NCBI GenBank assembly: GCA_038087875.1
Contig: CM075993.1
Location: forward strand, 12,340,001 to 12,389,575
Length of the DNA stretch: 49,575 nt
Direction: 5' to 3'
Source of the DNA: Malacoraja senta
Taxonomy: Eukaryota
In this document: in pieces, positions 12,020-24,997 of the stretch
How positions within the stretch are numbered: the stretch's first letter is position 1
How the letters are laid out: every line of letters begins with the position of its first letter
The notes under the pieces: generated by a model
What the model was told of the DNA's origin: nothing
What the model saw: only the letters and a program-made list of their open reading frames with translations
The model's database searches: none
Position numbers and translations under genes: made by a program

Positions 12020-14936
12020 AGGGCCTGTCCCACCAGCATGCGATTGCATGCGTCTAGCGCGACCAAACTTGGTCGCTTGAGGCGTACGGCCGCACGGGGC
12101 TGGTCCCACTTCGTACCGCGGAGGCTGGTCCCGACATCATACTCAACAATCAGCTGGGCAGGAGGTGGGCCGACTGAATTAGGACGTTGCACGGTGTCGG
12201 GCGATGACGTCATCACGCAACGACACGCCGCGCAATGACGTCATCGCGCAACACCACGCGCTAGGCGTACGCCATCAAGACGCGTACGACGTCAAAACGC
12301 TGCGTACGCCGTCAAGATAGTCGGGATAGTTTTCTAAATCAACATGTAGAGGAACGAACGAGAGAGCAGGCTATTCTAGACTGGGTATTGAGTAATGAGG
12401 AAGGGTTAGTTTGCAGTCTTGTTGTGCGTGGCCCCTTGGGCAAGAGTAACCATAATATGGTTGAGTTCCTCAGGATGGAGAGTGACATAAATAATTCAGA
12501 AACAAGGGTTCTGAACTTAAACAAAAGTAACTTTGAGGGTATGAGACGTGAATTGGCCAAGATAGACTGGCAATTGATTCTTAAAGGGTTGACGGTGGAT
12601 ATGCAATGGAAGGCATTTAAAGGCTGCATGGATGAACTACAACAATTGTTCATCCCAGTTTGACAAAAGAATAAATCAGGGAAGGTAGTGCATCCGTGGA
12701 TAACAAGGGAAATCAGGGATAGTATCAAAACAAAAGATGAAGCATAAATGAGCTAGAAAAAGCAGCCTACCAGAGGACTGGGAGAAATTCAGTCCAGCAG
12801 AGGAGGACAAAGGGTTTAATTAGGAAAGGGGAAATAGATTATGAAAGAAAACTGGCAGGAAACATAAAAACTGACTGCAAAAGTTGTTATAGATATGTGA
12901 AGAGAAAAAGATTAGTTAAAACAAATGTAGGTCCCTTGCAGTCAGAAACAGGTGAATTGATCATGGGGAACAAGGACATGGCAGACCAATTGAATAACTA
13001 CTTTGGTTCTGTCTTCACTAAGCAAGATTTAATTAATCTGCCGGAAATAGCAGGGGACCGGGGGTCAAATGAGATGGAGGACCTGAGTGAAATCCAGGTT
13101 AGCCGGGAAGTGGTGTTAGGTTAATTGAATGGATTAAAGGCCAATAAATCCCCAGGGCCAGATAGGCTGCATCCCAGAGTACTTAAGGAAGTAGCCCCAG
13201 AAATAGTGGATGCGTTAGTGATAATTTTTCAAAAATCTTTAGATTCTAGAGTAGTTCCTGAGGATTGGAGGGTAGCTAATGTAACCCCACTTTTTTAAAA
13301 GGCAGGGAGAGAGAAAACCGGGAATTACAGACCAGTTACATCGATAGTGGGGAAACTGCTAGAGCCAGTTATTAAAGATGGGATAGCAGCACATTTGGAA
13401 AATGGTTAAATCATTGGACAAAGTCAGCATGGATTTATGAAAGGTAAATCATGTCTGACGAATCCTATAGAATTTTTCGAGGATGTAACTAGTAGAGTGG
13501 ATAAGGGAGAACCAGTGGATGTGTTATATCTGGACTTTCAGAAGGCTTTCGACAAGGTCCCACATAAGAGATTAATATACAAACTTAAAGCACACGGTAT
13601 TCGGGGTTCAGTATTGATGTGGGTAGAGAACTGGCTGGCAGACAGGAAGCAAAGAGTAGGAGTAAACGTGTCCTTTTCAGAATGGCAGGCAGTGACTAGT
13701 GGGATACCGCAAGGCTCAGTGCTGGGACCCCAGCTATTTACAATATATATTAATGATTTGGACGAGGGAATTGAATGCAACATCTCCAAGTTTGCGGATG
13801 ACATGAAGCTGGGGGGCAGTGTTAGCTGTGAGGAGGATGCTAGGAGGCTGCAAGATGACTTGGATAGGCTGGGTGAGTGGGCAAATGAATGGCAGATGCA
13901 GTATAATGTGGATAAATGTGAGGTTATCCACTTTGGTGGCAAAAACAGGAAAGTAGACTATTACCTGAATGGTGGCCGATTAGGAAAAGGGGAGATGCAA
14001 CGAGACCTGGGTGTCATGGTACACCAGTCATTGAAAGTAGGCATGCAGGTGCAGCAGGCAGTGAAGAAAGCGAATGGTAGGTTAGCATTCATAGCAAAAG
14101 GATTTGAGTATAGGAGCAGGGAGGTTCTACTGCAGTTGTACAGGGTCTTGGTGAGACCACACCTGGAGTATTGCGTACAGTTTTGGTCTCCAAATCTGAG
14201 GAAAGACATTCTTGCCATAGAGGGAGTACAGAGAAGGTTCACCAGATTGATTCCTGGGATGTCAGGACTTTCACATGAAGAAAGACTGGATAGACTCGGC
14301 TTGTACTCGCTAGAATTTAGAAGATTGAGGGGGGTTCTTATAGAAACTTACAAAATTCTTAAGGGGTTGGACAGGCTAGATGCAGGAAGATTGTTCCCGA
14401 TGTTGGGGAAGTCCAGAACAAGGGGTCACAGTTTAAGGATAAAGGGGAAATCTTTTGGGACAGATGAGAAAAACATTTTTTACACATAGAGTGGTGAATC
14501 TCTGGAATTCTCTGCCACAGAATGTAGTTGAGGCCAGTTCATTGGCTATATTTAAGAGGGAGTTAAATGTGGCCCTTGTGGCTAAAGGGATCAGGGGGTA
14601 TGGAGAGAAGGCAGGTACGGGATACTGAGTTGGATGATCAGCCATGATCATATTGAATGGCGGTGCAGGCTCGAAGGGCCGAATGGTCCACTGCACCTAT
14701 TTTCTATGTTTCTATGTGCGCCCTCAATGTGCCTGCGGGCAGACAAGCCGTTGGCGCGTGGAATATTCGGACAGTGCGGGATTTTTGGAGCCCCACGCAA
14801 TGTCGGGACCAGCCCCGCACAACTCCATACGCCTCCACGGTTTGAAGTGGGACCGGCCCCGCGCGGCCGTACGCCTCAAGCGAGCACGTTTGGTCGCGTT
14901 AGACGCATGCAATCGCATGCTGGTGGGATAGGCCCT
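12020..14936. mobile_element. PIF/Harbinger-type non-autonomous element (MITE) carrying a CR1 insertion
   Basis: Long TIR AGGGCCTGTCCCACCAGCATGCGATTGCATGCGTCT... / ...AGACGCATGCAATCGCATGCTGGTGGGATAGGCCCT; TAA TSD at 12017-12019 and 14937-14939. Confidence 0.9.
12322..14716 (+). mobile_element. CR1 LINE, 5'-truncated, RT largely intact
   Basis: ORF 13437-14489 'YLDFQKAFDKVPH', 'GIPQGSVLGP', 'KFADD'; (TTTCTATG)n tail. Confidence 0.95.
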
Positions 14937-15262
14937 TAAGTTACAGCAGGAGTTAAAACTGGCATGTAACAAAGGTAATGCCACTATGGTGATGGGGGAT
15001 TTCAATATACAGGTAGACTGGGAAAATCAGGTTGGTTCAGGACCCCAAGAAAGAGAGTTTGTAGAATGCCTCCGAGATGGATTCTTCGAGCAGCTTGTAA
15101 TGGAGCCGACCAGAGAAAAGGTAATTCTCGATTTAATGTTGTCCAATGAACCAGATATGATAAAGAGAACTCGAGGTAAAGGAACCGCTTGCAGGTAGTG
15201 ATCATAATATGATTAGTTTTAATCTGCAATTTGAGAAGGAGAAGGTTAAATCGGAAGTGTCA

Positions 15263-18200
15263 GGGCGGAGTCACAGACAAATTAATAGAGTTAAAGGTAA
15301 ATCCCAATAATCAATAATTTTGATGTTTTAATTTTTTATTAGAGGTATCTGCATATCATAGTCCAACCCAATACAAACTTTGTATAACGATTACATATTA
15401 AGTATCCAGGGTTCTGGGTACCCAGTTACCAAAGTAGCTGGGGTCCTCCTTTATCGGTTACATATTAACGTTGCCTCTAATTATTTATTTATATTTATAG
15501 ATAAGAAAAATAAAGAAATAAAGAAAAGAAATTAGAAAAGTAAGATAAACTATCAATAATACAACTTAGGAGAGGTCCATAGGTCAGAAAACGTAACTAT
15601 TCATCTAGTCCTGGGTTCAGGTTTCAGTCAGGCCTCCGCGCCGGCCCAGTCTACCCCTTCAGATCATCTATAAATGGAGACCATATTTTAGTAAATAAGT
15701 CTGGTTTGTCAATTAAGACATATCTAATTTTTTCCAAATGTAAGGTCTCTGACATCTCCATATTCCACATCATAATTGTGGGGGTAGCAGGATTTTTCCA
15801 AAGTTTTAATATTAATTTTTTCCCAATTATTATACTGTAGTCAAGGAAATTTCTTTGGCTTGTTGTAAGTTTTAGATATTGTTCTGATATGCCCAATATT
15901 ATTAATTTAGGATCGGGATCCAGTTGAGTATTAACAACTACAGAAATTATTTTAAAAATATCCATCCAGTAATTTTTAATTTTATACAATTTACAAAGGT
16001 ATGGGTTAAATTAGCCGATGAGTATTGGCATTTATCACAAATAGGAGAGATATTAGGAAAGATTCTATTTAATTTTGTTTTTGAATAATGCCGTCTATGT
16101 AGTACTTTAAATTGTATTAACCATATTAAAGAATGTCTGGCATTTATATGTTGTAAACTTTCATCCCAATTATCTTTTGTTATAGGTTGGGATAATTCCT
16201 TTTCCCATGCTAATCTATATAATTCCGTTGACGGAGTCTCACTGTCTAAAAAAATATTATAAATATAAGATATTAATTTACCTGTATTAGGGTGTTTATT
16301 CAAACATTCATCTATAATCTCTGGTTCTCTAGTTCTGTATTCTTGTGTATGTGATTTAACATAATCTTTAAGTTGTAAGTATCTAAAAAAATTATTTGAA
16401 TGTGATCCATAATTCTGTTGTAGTTCCTGAAACGAAAGAAAAATACCGTTTCTATAAAGATGTCCCATCTTTTTAATTCCATGATTTTTCCATTGTACAA
16501 AACCTTTATCCAACACTGAGGGTTTAAATGAAGGATTATTTGCAATGGGGAGAGAAAATGATAAATTATCCAATTTTAATGTCTTTTTTAGTTGTTTCCA
16601 AATTCGAATTCCACTATATATTATAGGGTTTTCACTATGGATTTTTTAATTCAATTTTTTACGAGCTAACAGGATCAGACCAATTTCAAAAGGTAAACAA
16701 TCTTGCTTTTCCATCTTTAACCAGTCTGGTTGTTGATCCATATCTTCCAACCAAAAATTCATATTTTTGACATTGACTGCCCAAAAATAAAATAAAAAAT
16801 TTGGTAAAACTAATCCTCCTTTGGTCTTGGGTTTACATAGGTGTTTTTTGCTTATTCTGTGATTCTTATAATCCCAAATAAAACTTGTCACAATGGAGTC
16901 ACAAAAAAAATAATAATAATAATAATAATCAATAATTTTAGTTGGTATCAACTTAAATTTAACTGGATGGATGAGAAACCCCAATTTCTCAAATATAGTT
17001 TTGCGGCTGAAACAGCTAATTTAGCAAAATACAGCGTTTAGAATATCATCCAGTTAGGCCATAACAAGTGTTTTTGAGCTCTGAGCAGCCAAAGCACCGG
17101 TTTTAGTAATTTGGTAAATAACCTGGGAGCTGAAGTTAACCCATTTTGCAATGCTTTAACTGTTATCATTGCCCCATCTAGCTAAATTTCAAATATCTCC
17201 GGTGATCCCTGTGAATGGAAACTGAATAGTATGTATCTTTGACATCGATGCATGCCATAAAGATCCTATGGAAATCAGTTCTTAGACAGTAACGAAGTTT
17301 CCTATTCTGAAATGTCTATACTGCACATGCAAGTTGAATCAAGGATGAACCGACATCCTCCACTTTGACAATGAACAGGCCACGCCTGCCATAATTCCGA
17401 GCCTGTCTCAAAGGCAATCCTGGCCATAATACTGAGCCTGCCTCGAAAGACAACTCTGGCCACAATTCCAAGCCTACTTGGAACCCTTGTATACTGTGCA
17501 GTATAAACTAATCTCATGTTATCATTTTTATTTGTACAAAAAACAAGTGTAAATATTACCAACTTGTAAATGGTCCACATACCTCATGTTTCGGAACGAA
17601 CCAGACCCACCTGCCTTCACGGTTACCAGTGGTCTTATGGTAAGCCCAAAGGCCCCTGATGCGGATTCTATTTCCGTCCTTGATTTGGAGAGTAGGACTG
17701 CTGGGGTGCGTGGATCCCATATTTCTCCTGAGGACCGGCTTACTGCCGATGGAGGCGTGGGGTGTGTTATCGCCGAAACAATGAAGCTTTGCTTGTCGTT
17801 GGTACCTTGATTAGTCCGACAGCTTTTGTTTCCTCATCCAGGTCTTACCTGTTTGGACAGGTTTTCCCTGAAGAGAAGATTCGGCAGCTGGACATTGCTG
17901 GCCTTACATGAGCCTGCAAATTTGGAATTTAAGGCTGGTCTGATGGCGTTCTTCTGAAAGCAGTTCATTTTGAAGTGTGCATTGCACATCAACACCAGGC
18001 CAGTAATCTTTAAAATTTGTTGGAGTTTCATTTCCTGGGTTTTCATGCCTCCTCCCATGTCACCCCAGATAGCGCTGTTCACTGCCGGCACTTTCAGGAA
18101 CAATTTACAGGTGCATGGTATCTTACAGCCGGCACCTGTTCCTGTAATGATGTAACGTGAGGTAGCTGCTGTTTGCAAAGCTTGTAACTGAGGGGAACTC

Positions 18201-19048
18201 TGGCCCCCTCTGGGTTTTCTGCCAATGGCTGGAAGCCAACTCTTCCTGCAGCAGCTCCTTCGTTTGCGAGGATATCGCAACCCTTGATGCCATGACAGAC
18301 ATTTATGGAACATTTATGGAACCTCACGCATGTACTCCATCCAGTATGTTCCCTGGACATACTTCCGAGTTTGGAGTCAGTTACCCACTGGCCCCTCGCA
18401 CTCCCCTCCACAGAGAGGGAGATTTGTAAGCAGCCCAGAAACAGGTGCTGCCGCAGGCCTCCGAGGATACCTGCGCTGATATGGCCCCGTTCCATGGACC
18501 ATATCAGGATGGAGCATCACATTTGTGGGATAAATGCCTGAGGGCGCTATCCATGCTTAATCTGGGTTAAACGTCCGAGGACGTACCCATGTATGTCGGA
18601 GGGGTCCCCTCTGGCCTGACTCGTCCGAGTCCACCGGCCTTAACCGACTTACTCTTGGCCTTACCCCCTTTCTGGGGAACCACAGCGGTCTGGAAGCTGC
18701 TGATCGCACTGTCAGCGACTCGGGTGACGAACCCGACGGCCGGCGGCTACCCGCACTTCCGTATCTCCGTAGCCGGTTCCCCCGCGGTCCGTAGCCGGTT
18801 TCCCCGCGGCCCGTCCGGACTTTGCCCCGTATATTATATGCAGCAGGAAGCTCTGTAAAAGAGATTCCTGCAAGCAAAAAACAGAACCTGGAGATAAGTT
18901 CAAAAACTTACCTGCAGGGTTTGAAACTTACCGCTGGAGGAGCGACGCACCTGCCAGCCAGTCATTGCGCAATGCGTTAGACAATAATGACATGCATGCG
19001 GGCTGGCGGGCTCTTCACGTAGTCACTCACGTGACTCCGAAGTAAAAT
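15263..19048 (-). mobile_element. DIRS retrotransposon copy C (left terminus, ORF1, RT), 3'-truncated, interrupted by L1
   Basis: Left terminus ATTTTACTTCGGAGTCACGTGAGTGACTACGTGAAGA at 19048; ORF1 'CNAHFKMNCFQKNAIRPALNSKFA'; RT 'GFLIHPVKFKLIPTKIIDY' continues past the L1 at 15263-15321 (GFTFNSINLSVT). Confidence 0.85.
15322..16923 (-). mobile_element. L1-clade LINE 3' portion
   Basis: 'KPKTKGGLVLPNF', 'IQFKVLHRRHYSKTKL..ICDKC..LTHTF..C' C-terminal Cys domain; AATAAA/poly(A) remnant ~15325-15340; 16-bp TSD AATAATCAATAATTTT at 15306-15321 and 16924-16939; target CT/AAAA. Confidence 0.9.
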
Positions 19049-19369
19049 TAGAAGATGAGTTACAATGGCCAGAAATGGGGATATCATGATGACCAGACAA
19101 CTACACAAAAGGCTTGGCACAATGCAAAGTAGAAGCCTAATCTCCACTTGGTCTCGTAGATAGAGAGGCCACATCGGGAGAGGCAAACAGAATAGACTAG
19201 TTTGGACAGTGGGCATGTGAATCTTTGTCACGCCGGCATTGACTACTAGGACACTAGATGGTGGTGAGGAAGTGTTGAAGTCATCCTTTAGTACTCAGGG
19301 AGAGGTGGGTAGGGAGGGAGGAGCAGAAATGGGAGTGATCTATGCTGAAAATGAGGTGGCAATGTTTAT

Positions 19370-19551
19370 GAAGATAAACATAAAATGTTGGAATAACAGC
19401 AGACCGGCTATTATATCTCTGGATATAAGGAATGGGTGACATTTCGTGTCGAGACCCTTCATCAGACACAGAGTGAGGGGAGAGGGAGAAGGTGTGAAAA
19501 CGATATATCAAAGGGGACGTGTTCAAGGAAAATGTAGAATAGATCATTATT
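19370..19551 (-). mobile_element. Penelope 3' tail with hammerhead-like motif (left half of element split by CR1/DIRS nest)
   Basis: Reverse complement GTCTGATGAAGGGTCTCGACACGAAATGTCACC at 19435-19467; appears to continue at 33075-33310. Confidence 0.7.
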
Positions 19552-20834
19552 GCAAGGTGATTATTGCAAGGCTGCATGGTGACTTAGATAGGTTGGGTGA
19601 GTGGGCAAATGCATGGCAGATGCAGTATAATGTGGATAAATGTGAGGTTATCCACTTTGGTGGCAAAAACAGGAAAGTAGACTATTATCTGAATGGTGGT
19701 CGATTAGGAAAAGGGGAGATGCAACGAGACCTGGGTGTCATGATACACCAGTCATTGAAAGTAGGCATGCAGGTGCAGCAGGTAGTGAAGAAAGCGAATA
19801 GTATGTTAGCATTCATAGCAAAAGGATTTGAGTATAGGAGCAGGGAGGTTCTACTGCAGTTGTACAGGGTCTTGGTGAGACCACACCTGGAGTATTGCGT
19901 ACAATTTTGGTCTCCAAATCTGAGGAAAGACATTCTTGCCATAGAGGGAGTACAGAGAAGGTTCACCAGACTGATTCCTGGGATGTCAGGACTTTCATAT
20001 GAAGAAAGACTGGATAGACTTGGCTTGTACTCGCTAGAATTTAGAAGATTGAAGGGGGATCTTATAGAAACTTACAAAATTCTTAAGGGGTTGGACAGGC
20101 TAGATGCAGGAAGATTGTTCCCGATGTTGGGGAAGGCCAGAACAAGGGGTCACAGTTTAAGGATAAGGGGGAAATATTTTAGGACCGAGATGAGAAAAAC
20201 ATTTTTCACACAGAGAGTGGTGAATCTCTTGAATTTTACTTCGGAGTCACGCGAGTGACTACGTGAAGAAGACCCGTCAGGGCGCCTGCGCGTCATTACG
20301 TCAGACGCATTGGCGCGAACGGACGTGAGGAGCAGCACTCTAGTGGAAATGTAGTTTGAACTACAAGGTAAATTAAAAAAAATTCAGAAGTTTCCGGGTC
20401 CGTTTCCACAGGCGCCATGGAAAAAACGGGCAAGGGGAAGAGGCGATCGGCAAAGCCGGTGGAAAGTCATGAGATTGCGGTCGGCGAACAGCTGCCTGAG
20501 ACCCCTGTACAGTCGCTGGCTGGGAGCGTAGCGACCGTGGACTTGTGTCTTAAAAGAACACAGTCAGCGCCAGTGGGGCGCAGAGCTAAGTATAAGTCCG
20601 CCAGGCCCACGGAGGAGGAGTCTGATCAGGAGGATTCGACTCCAGGGCTGGATCCCGCTTTTGAGCGGATTTCTCAAATGGAGAGCCTGTTACACAGGTT
20701 ACTCGAGCAACGCACACTCAGGAAGAGTGTAGCCAAAGCCAGGCTCCAGAAGCTAGGTCAGCAGCACCTAGCAAAGGGCTATTTGAGAGCACCCTCATTG
20801 ATGAGGCGCGTGCACAGGGTCAGCAAAGTTCTCT

Positions 20835-20988
20835 GATACAAGCGAAGACGGCAGCTGCCAGATGTTCTATGTCTGGCAGTACGATTCGCTGCTCTGTGAG
20901 AGTTCTGACCCTGACTCTGACGGTGAGGCCGATACAAGCGAAGACGGCAGCTGCCAGATGTTCTATTCCTGGCAGTACGATTCGCTGC
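20835..20988 (+). repeat. Internal tandem duplication (~96 bp period) in DIRS A ORF1
   Basis: GATACAAGCGAAGACGGCAGCTGCCAGATGTTCTAT at 20835 and 20931; single copy in related DIRS D. Confidence 0.85.
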
Positions 20989-23900
20989 CCCGTCAGAGTC
21001 AGGAGAGCCACTGGGAGAAGAAGTGGCCTCTACGATCAACTATTTTGTCTTCCATCAGCTGCAGTAGCTTACGATGGATCAAAATGCCAAAAAAGCACGA
21101 GACCCCAAGGAACTGCGTATTGCTGAAAGTACTAGCAGTGAACCAAGATATAAGGGGTCAGATGGGCGAGGGCATGTGAGCCTAAGAAATATAACTGCAG
21201 AGAATATTGAAGCTGCTGGGTTGAGGAACAACTGCATTTTTGCAAGAACAATGGATGGAGGCCAGGAATGAGATGCATCAAGAGGCACTAGGGTTGCTAT
21301 GTAGCGCCCACTTCGAGATGAATTGTTTCAGGAAGTATGCCATTCGGCCCACCATCAACCCCAAGTTGCAGCAACTCTGTAAAGCCCAGCAATGTGCAGT
21401 CATTCAACTTACTCTTCGGAGAAAAAACCTCACGAAACGTGAGAAAGAGTTGGATGATGAGGCAAAAATAGCAAGGTTGATCAAAACATCGATGGTCGGC
21501 AAGTCTGTAAAGAGGAGGTATCCTTTCAGACATCATACAGAATCCTGGGCCTACACCAGGAACAAGTCAACCATTGAAGCAGGGGCGCAGTTGGCGTCCT
21601 GCAGCGGGAACACGAAAAAGCGTGGGTTTTCCTGCCAGGAGCCAGGGACCACAGGTCACTCAGGTGACAAAGGAGGTAGGTGGACCTGGTTCTCATGGGA
21701 ACATATTAAGGTAAAAACAGCCAAATATTGGAAGCAAATTATTCTGAGTATTATTCAAAGGTTTCGAATTGATTCGATCCAAATAGTGATTTGCCATCCA
21801 GCATGTTCCTAGCAGAACACTCCAATTTCACAAAAAGAAGTGATGGAGGTTCAAGCTGAATTTGAAAACTTGTCTATAAACAAGTAATTGAAAGGTTGGT
21901 TTATCAAAACCACCAAATTGTGTTTAAATTTTCTCGACCTGAAAAGATGAGGAGTATTTTAGATCTGACAAGTCTTTAAAATTTTGTGAAGTATAGACAC
22001 TTCAAAATGGAGACTTTGAGACTACAAACAACTTATTTCAAAAGAGGTTATATGGCACCTATAGATCTGAAAGATGTATATTACTCATTTTCTGTTCATT
22101 TGTAACATAAAAATATTTGAAATTTATCTGAATGAAACAATTATGGCAATTCAAAGTTCTGTCTAATGGGTTAACTTCAGTTCCTAGAATTTCACTAAAT
22201 TGGTAAAACCAATTTTGGTGCTAATTAGAGTCCAAGGACAGATGTTGATGGCTTAACTGGATGATGTCCTAATTAGGACGAACAAGAGAATAGTACGATT
22301 AAACGAGAACTTACCAGTTTGAAGTTTGATCTTTATTTTATGAGGAGTTACGTTGAGGGATTACGTGAAGAAGAGCCCGTCCAGCCGCACACGCGTCAAT
22401 CTTCAAAGCAGCGGCGTGAAATCACAGACGACAATTACTGAAGTATGATAGTAAGATACATAAAGACTAGAACTACCAGCTCGATCTTTTATGAGGGTGG
22501 GAGCGGAGGGCACGTAATCCCTCAACGTAACTCCTCATTAAATAAAGATCAAACTTCAAACTGGTAAGTTCTCATTTAATCTTACTATTTTACTTCGAAG
22601 TCACGTGAGTGACTATGTGAAGATTTCAATGCTCTGTGATTTCAGGCCATAGATTCAATCCAGGCGCTCACTACATTGATTGAATCTAAATAAGTAAAAT
22701 AATCAATAATGCACAACCATAACATGGATGCAACCAATTAATGGTTAATTTATCACCATAATAGTAACCCCTTTATCACAAGAGGAATATTTAATACTAA
22801 ATCCCAAAATAACACCACCAAATAACCACAGGCATTATAATCTCCTTATGGTAATAGGTGAATTATTTCACTTATGCCTGCAGCCACGAGGATATGTTTT
22901 ATTAGAACATCCAATTCATTGGCCGTCAAACTTGATGGTGCCCTGGTGAAATAAGATTAAAATTTGTCAGTATCCATACTTGCATCAAGCAACACGTGCT
23001 TTAGCCATTTTTTAAATAGTCTAAACCGACACTTTCCTATGCAGCTATTTATGGCTAATAAAATACTCATACTGAACCTTTTTAAGGTTCTGATAGCTTC
23101 AATCTAACATTGTAAATGTGATACCACACATAGACGTGGATCCGTAGGATATGCTGAAACCCCAACTTACATCCTGTGATTCCACATCTACTCTGTTTAA
23201 GCAATTCATAGACATAGAGCACAATAGTAACTGTTGCTCTTTCCATCATGTCTATTCTTACTTTCTGCAATAGTTGCACTCTCTGTGCATAAACCAGTCC
23301 CCTGAACTTGACTTCCTTAATGATAATTCAAGCCAAGGACAGCACTATAATAGGTCCATAAACAAACAATATAGCATATCTCTTACATTCCAGATTATTG
23401 TATACTTGTGTCTAAGAGGTTTTAGAATTAAAATCCTTTCATAAATTTGCAGACCAAAGGGTGTAACCCTACCACATTTTGTTTTGATTCCTCCATAGAT
23501 ATGCAGTAATGGCACTCCTTGCAGTATTCATATCATTATAGCTTAACTGCTAATAAATAACGAGTTTACAGAACTCTAACACTACTGATATGTCTATAGT
23601 GTGATATGTAATAGTCAGCTTAAACAAAACATATCCCATTTCTTTATGTAAGAAATGTACTACTTCTGGGTACATCCTTCCAGATTGCAATAATATCCAC
23701 AGTACAATCTGATAGTCCTCTTCCAATAAATGTCACTCCTTAAAATCTGTAAATCAACAACCAATATGATTATGTAAAGGATGTGAATCATCAGTTATAG
23801 AGTGCACAAACAGATTAATTCTGTTTGGAAATCATAAGAGGCTTTTGTGATCATTTAAAACACCTCAGGGTACCATGGTTTTGTAGATCCAATCTAGTAC

Positions 23901-24540
23901 CACCAATACTCCCGAAACGGAATCCTGTTTGCTCATCTGTTAAATGAGAAAAATGGAAAATGTATACAAACATTTTACCCCAATGCAGCAAAAAACATTC
24001 ACCACTACTGACCCAGTATCAGACTTTATAACATATATTTAGGTAATTGGTGGTTAAATCTGGATACAAACAAGTCATTAATCGTGCTATAATATTGTTA
24101 AATTTCTTACGATTCTATATTCTATATTATCATTGATTTACATGACTTTTGAGTCTTCAACTATATTGAATCTACCTCATAGGTAGATTGCCAATCAAAT
24201 ATTTCTGGTAAATACCAGATCCAGATCACATTAGTCAGTCTATTACAAGATACTGACTTAAACCACTCGAATGATTGACATACGTTCTATTCCGTAGTCT
24301 CAAACTATGTCTAAACATGCAACTTTGCATATAAGAGCAAATAAGCTTTAGGTCATAAATGTTCCTAAAACTTACATAATGATCCCTTGTTATTTGATCA
24401 AAAGGTACTTTCTCCATATTCCATGTACCTCCACAGCTGAAAATACTTATAAGTATGACCTCAACTTAGAGCACTACCATTAGTGTGTAGCATAATGGAA
24501 GGTGTTTAGCCAGAATCCCCCTGGAGGCATTTGAGACCTA

Positions 24541-24997
24541 AGGTTGAACAAGTTAGGTCTTTATTCTTTGGAGCATAGAAGGTTAAGAGGGGACTTGATA
24601 GAGGTCTTTAAAATTATGAGCGGGTTAGACAGAGTTGACGTGGATAAGCTTTTTCCATTGGGAGTAGGGAAGATTCAAACAAGGGGACATGACTTGAGAA
24701 TTAAGGGACAGAAGTTTAGGGGTAACATTAGGGGGAACTTCTTTACTCAGAGAGTGGTAGCTGTGTGGAATGAGCTCCCAGTGGAAGTGGTGGAGGCTGG
24801 TTCGATTTTATCCTTTAAAAATAGATTGGATGGGTATATGGACGGGAAAGGAATGGAGGGTTATGGTCTGAGTGCAGGTAGATGGGACTAGGGGGGAGTA
24901 TTTATTTAAAAAAAAAAAAAATGTTCGGCACGGAAATGAAGGGCCGAGATGGCCTGTTTCCGTGCTGTAATGGTTATATGGTTATATGGTTATATGG
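24541..24997 (+). mobile_element. CR1 3' fragment ((ATGGTTAT)n-tail family) inside DIRS B
   Basis: ORF 24544-24891 'LGLYSLEHRRLRGDLIEVFKI...FTQRVVAVWNELP'; nearly identical to 43477-43885. Confidence 0.92.

Larger units (their letters stand above)
9636..15262 (+). mobile_element. 5'-intact CR1 LINE (5'UTR, ORF1, ORF2 endonuclease), interrupted twice and 3'-truncated
   Basis: ORF2 APE motifs 'YMNARSIR' (~11210), 'DIVGITETWL', 'YKPPNS', 'VMGDFN', 'LDLMLSN', 'SDHNMI' are colinear once insertions 11247-11708 and 12020-14936 are removed. Confidence 0.9.
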
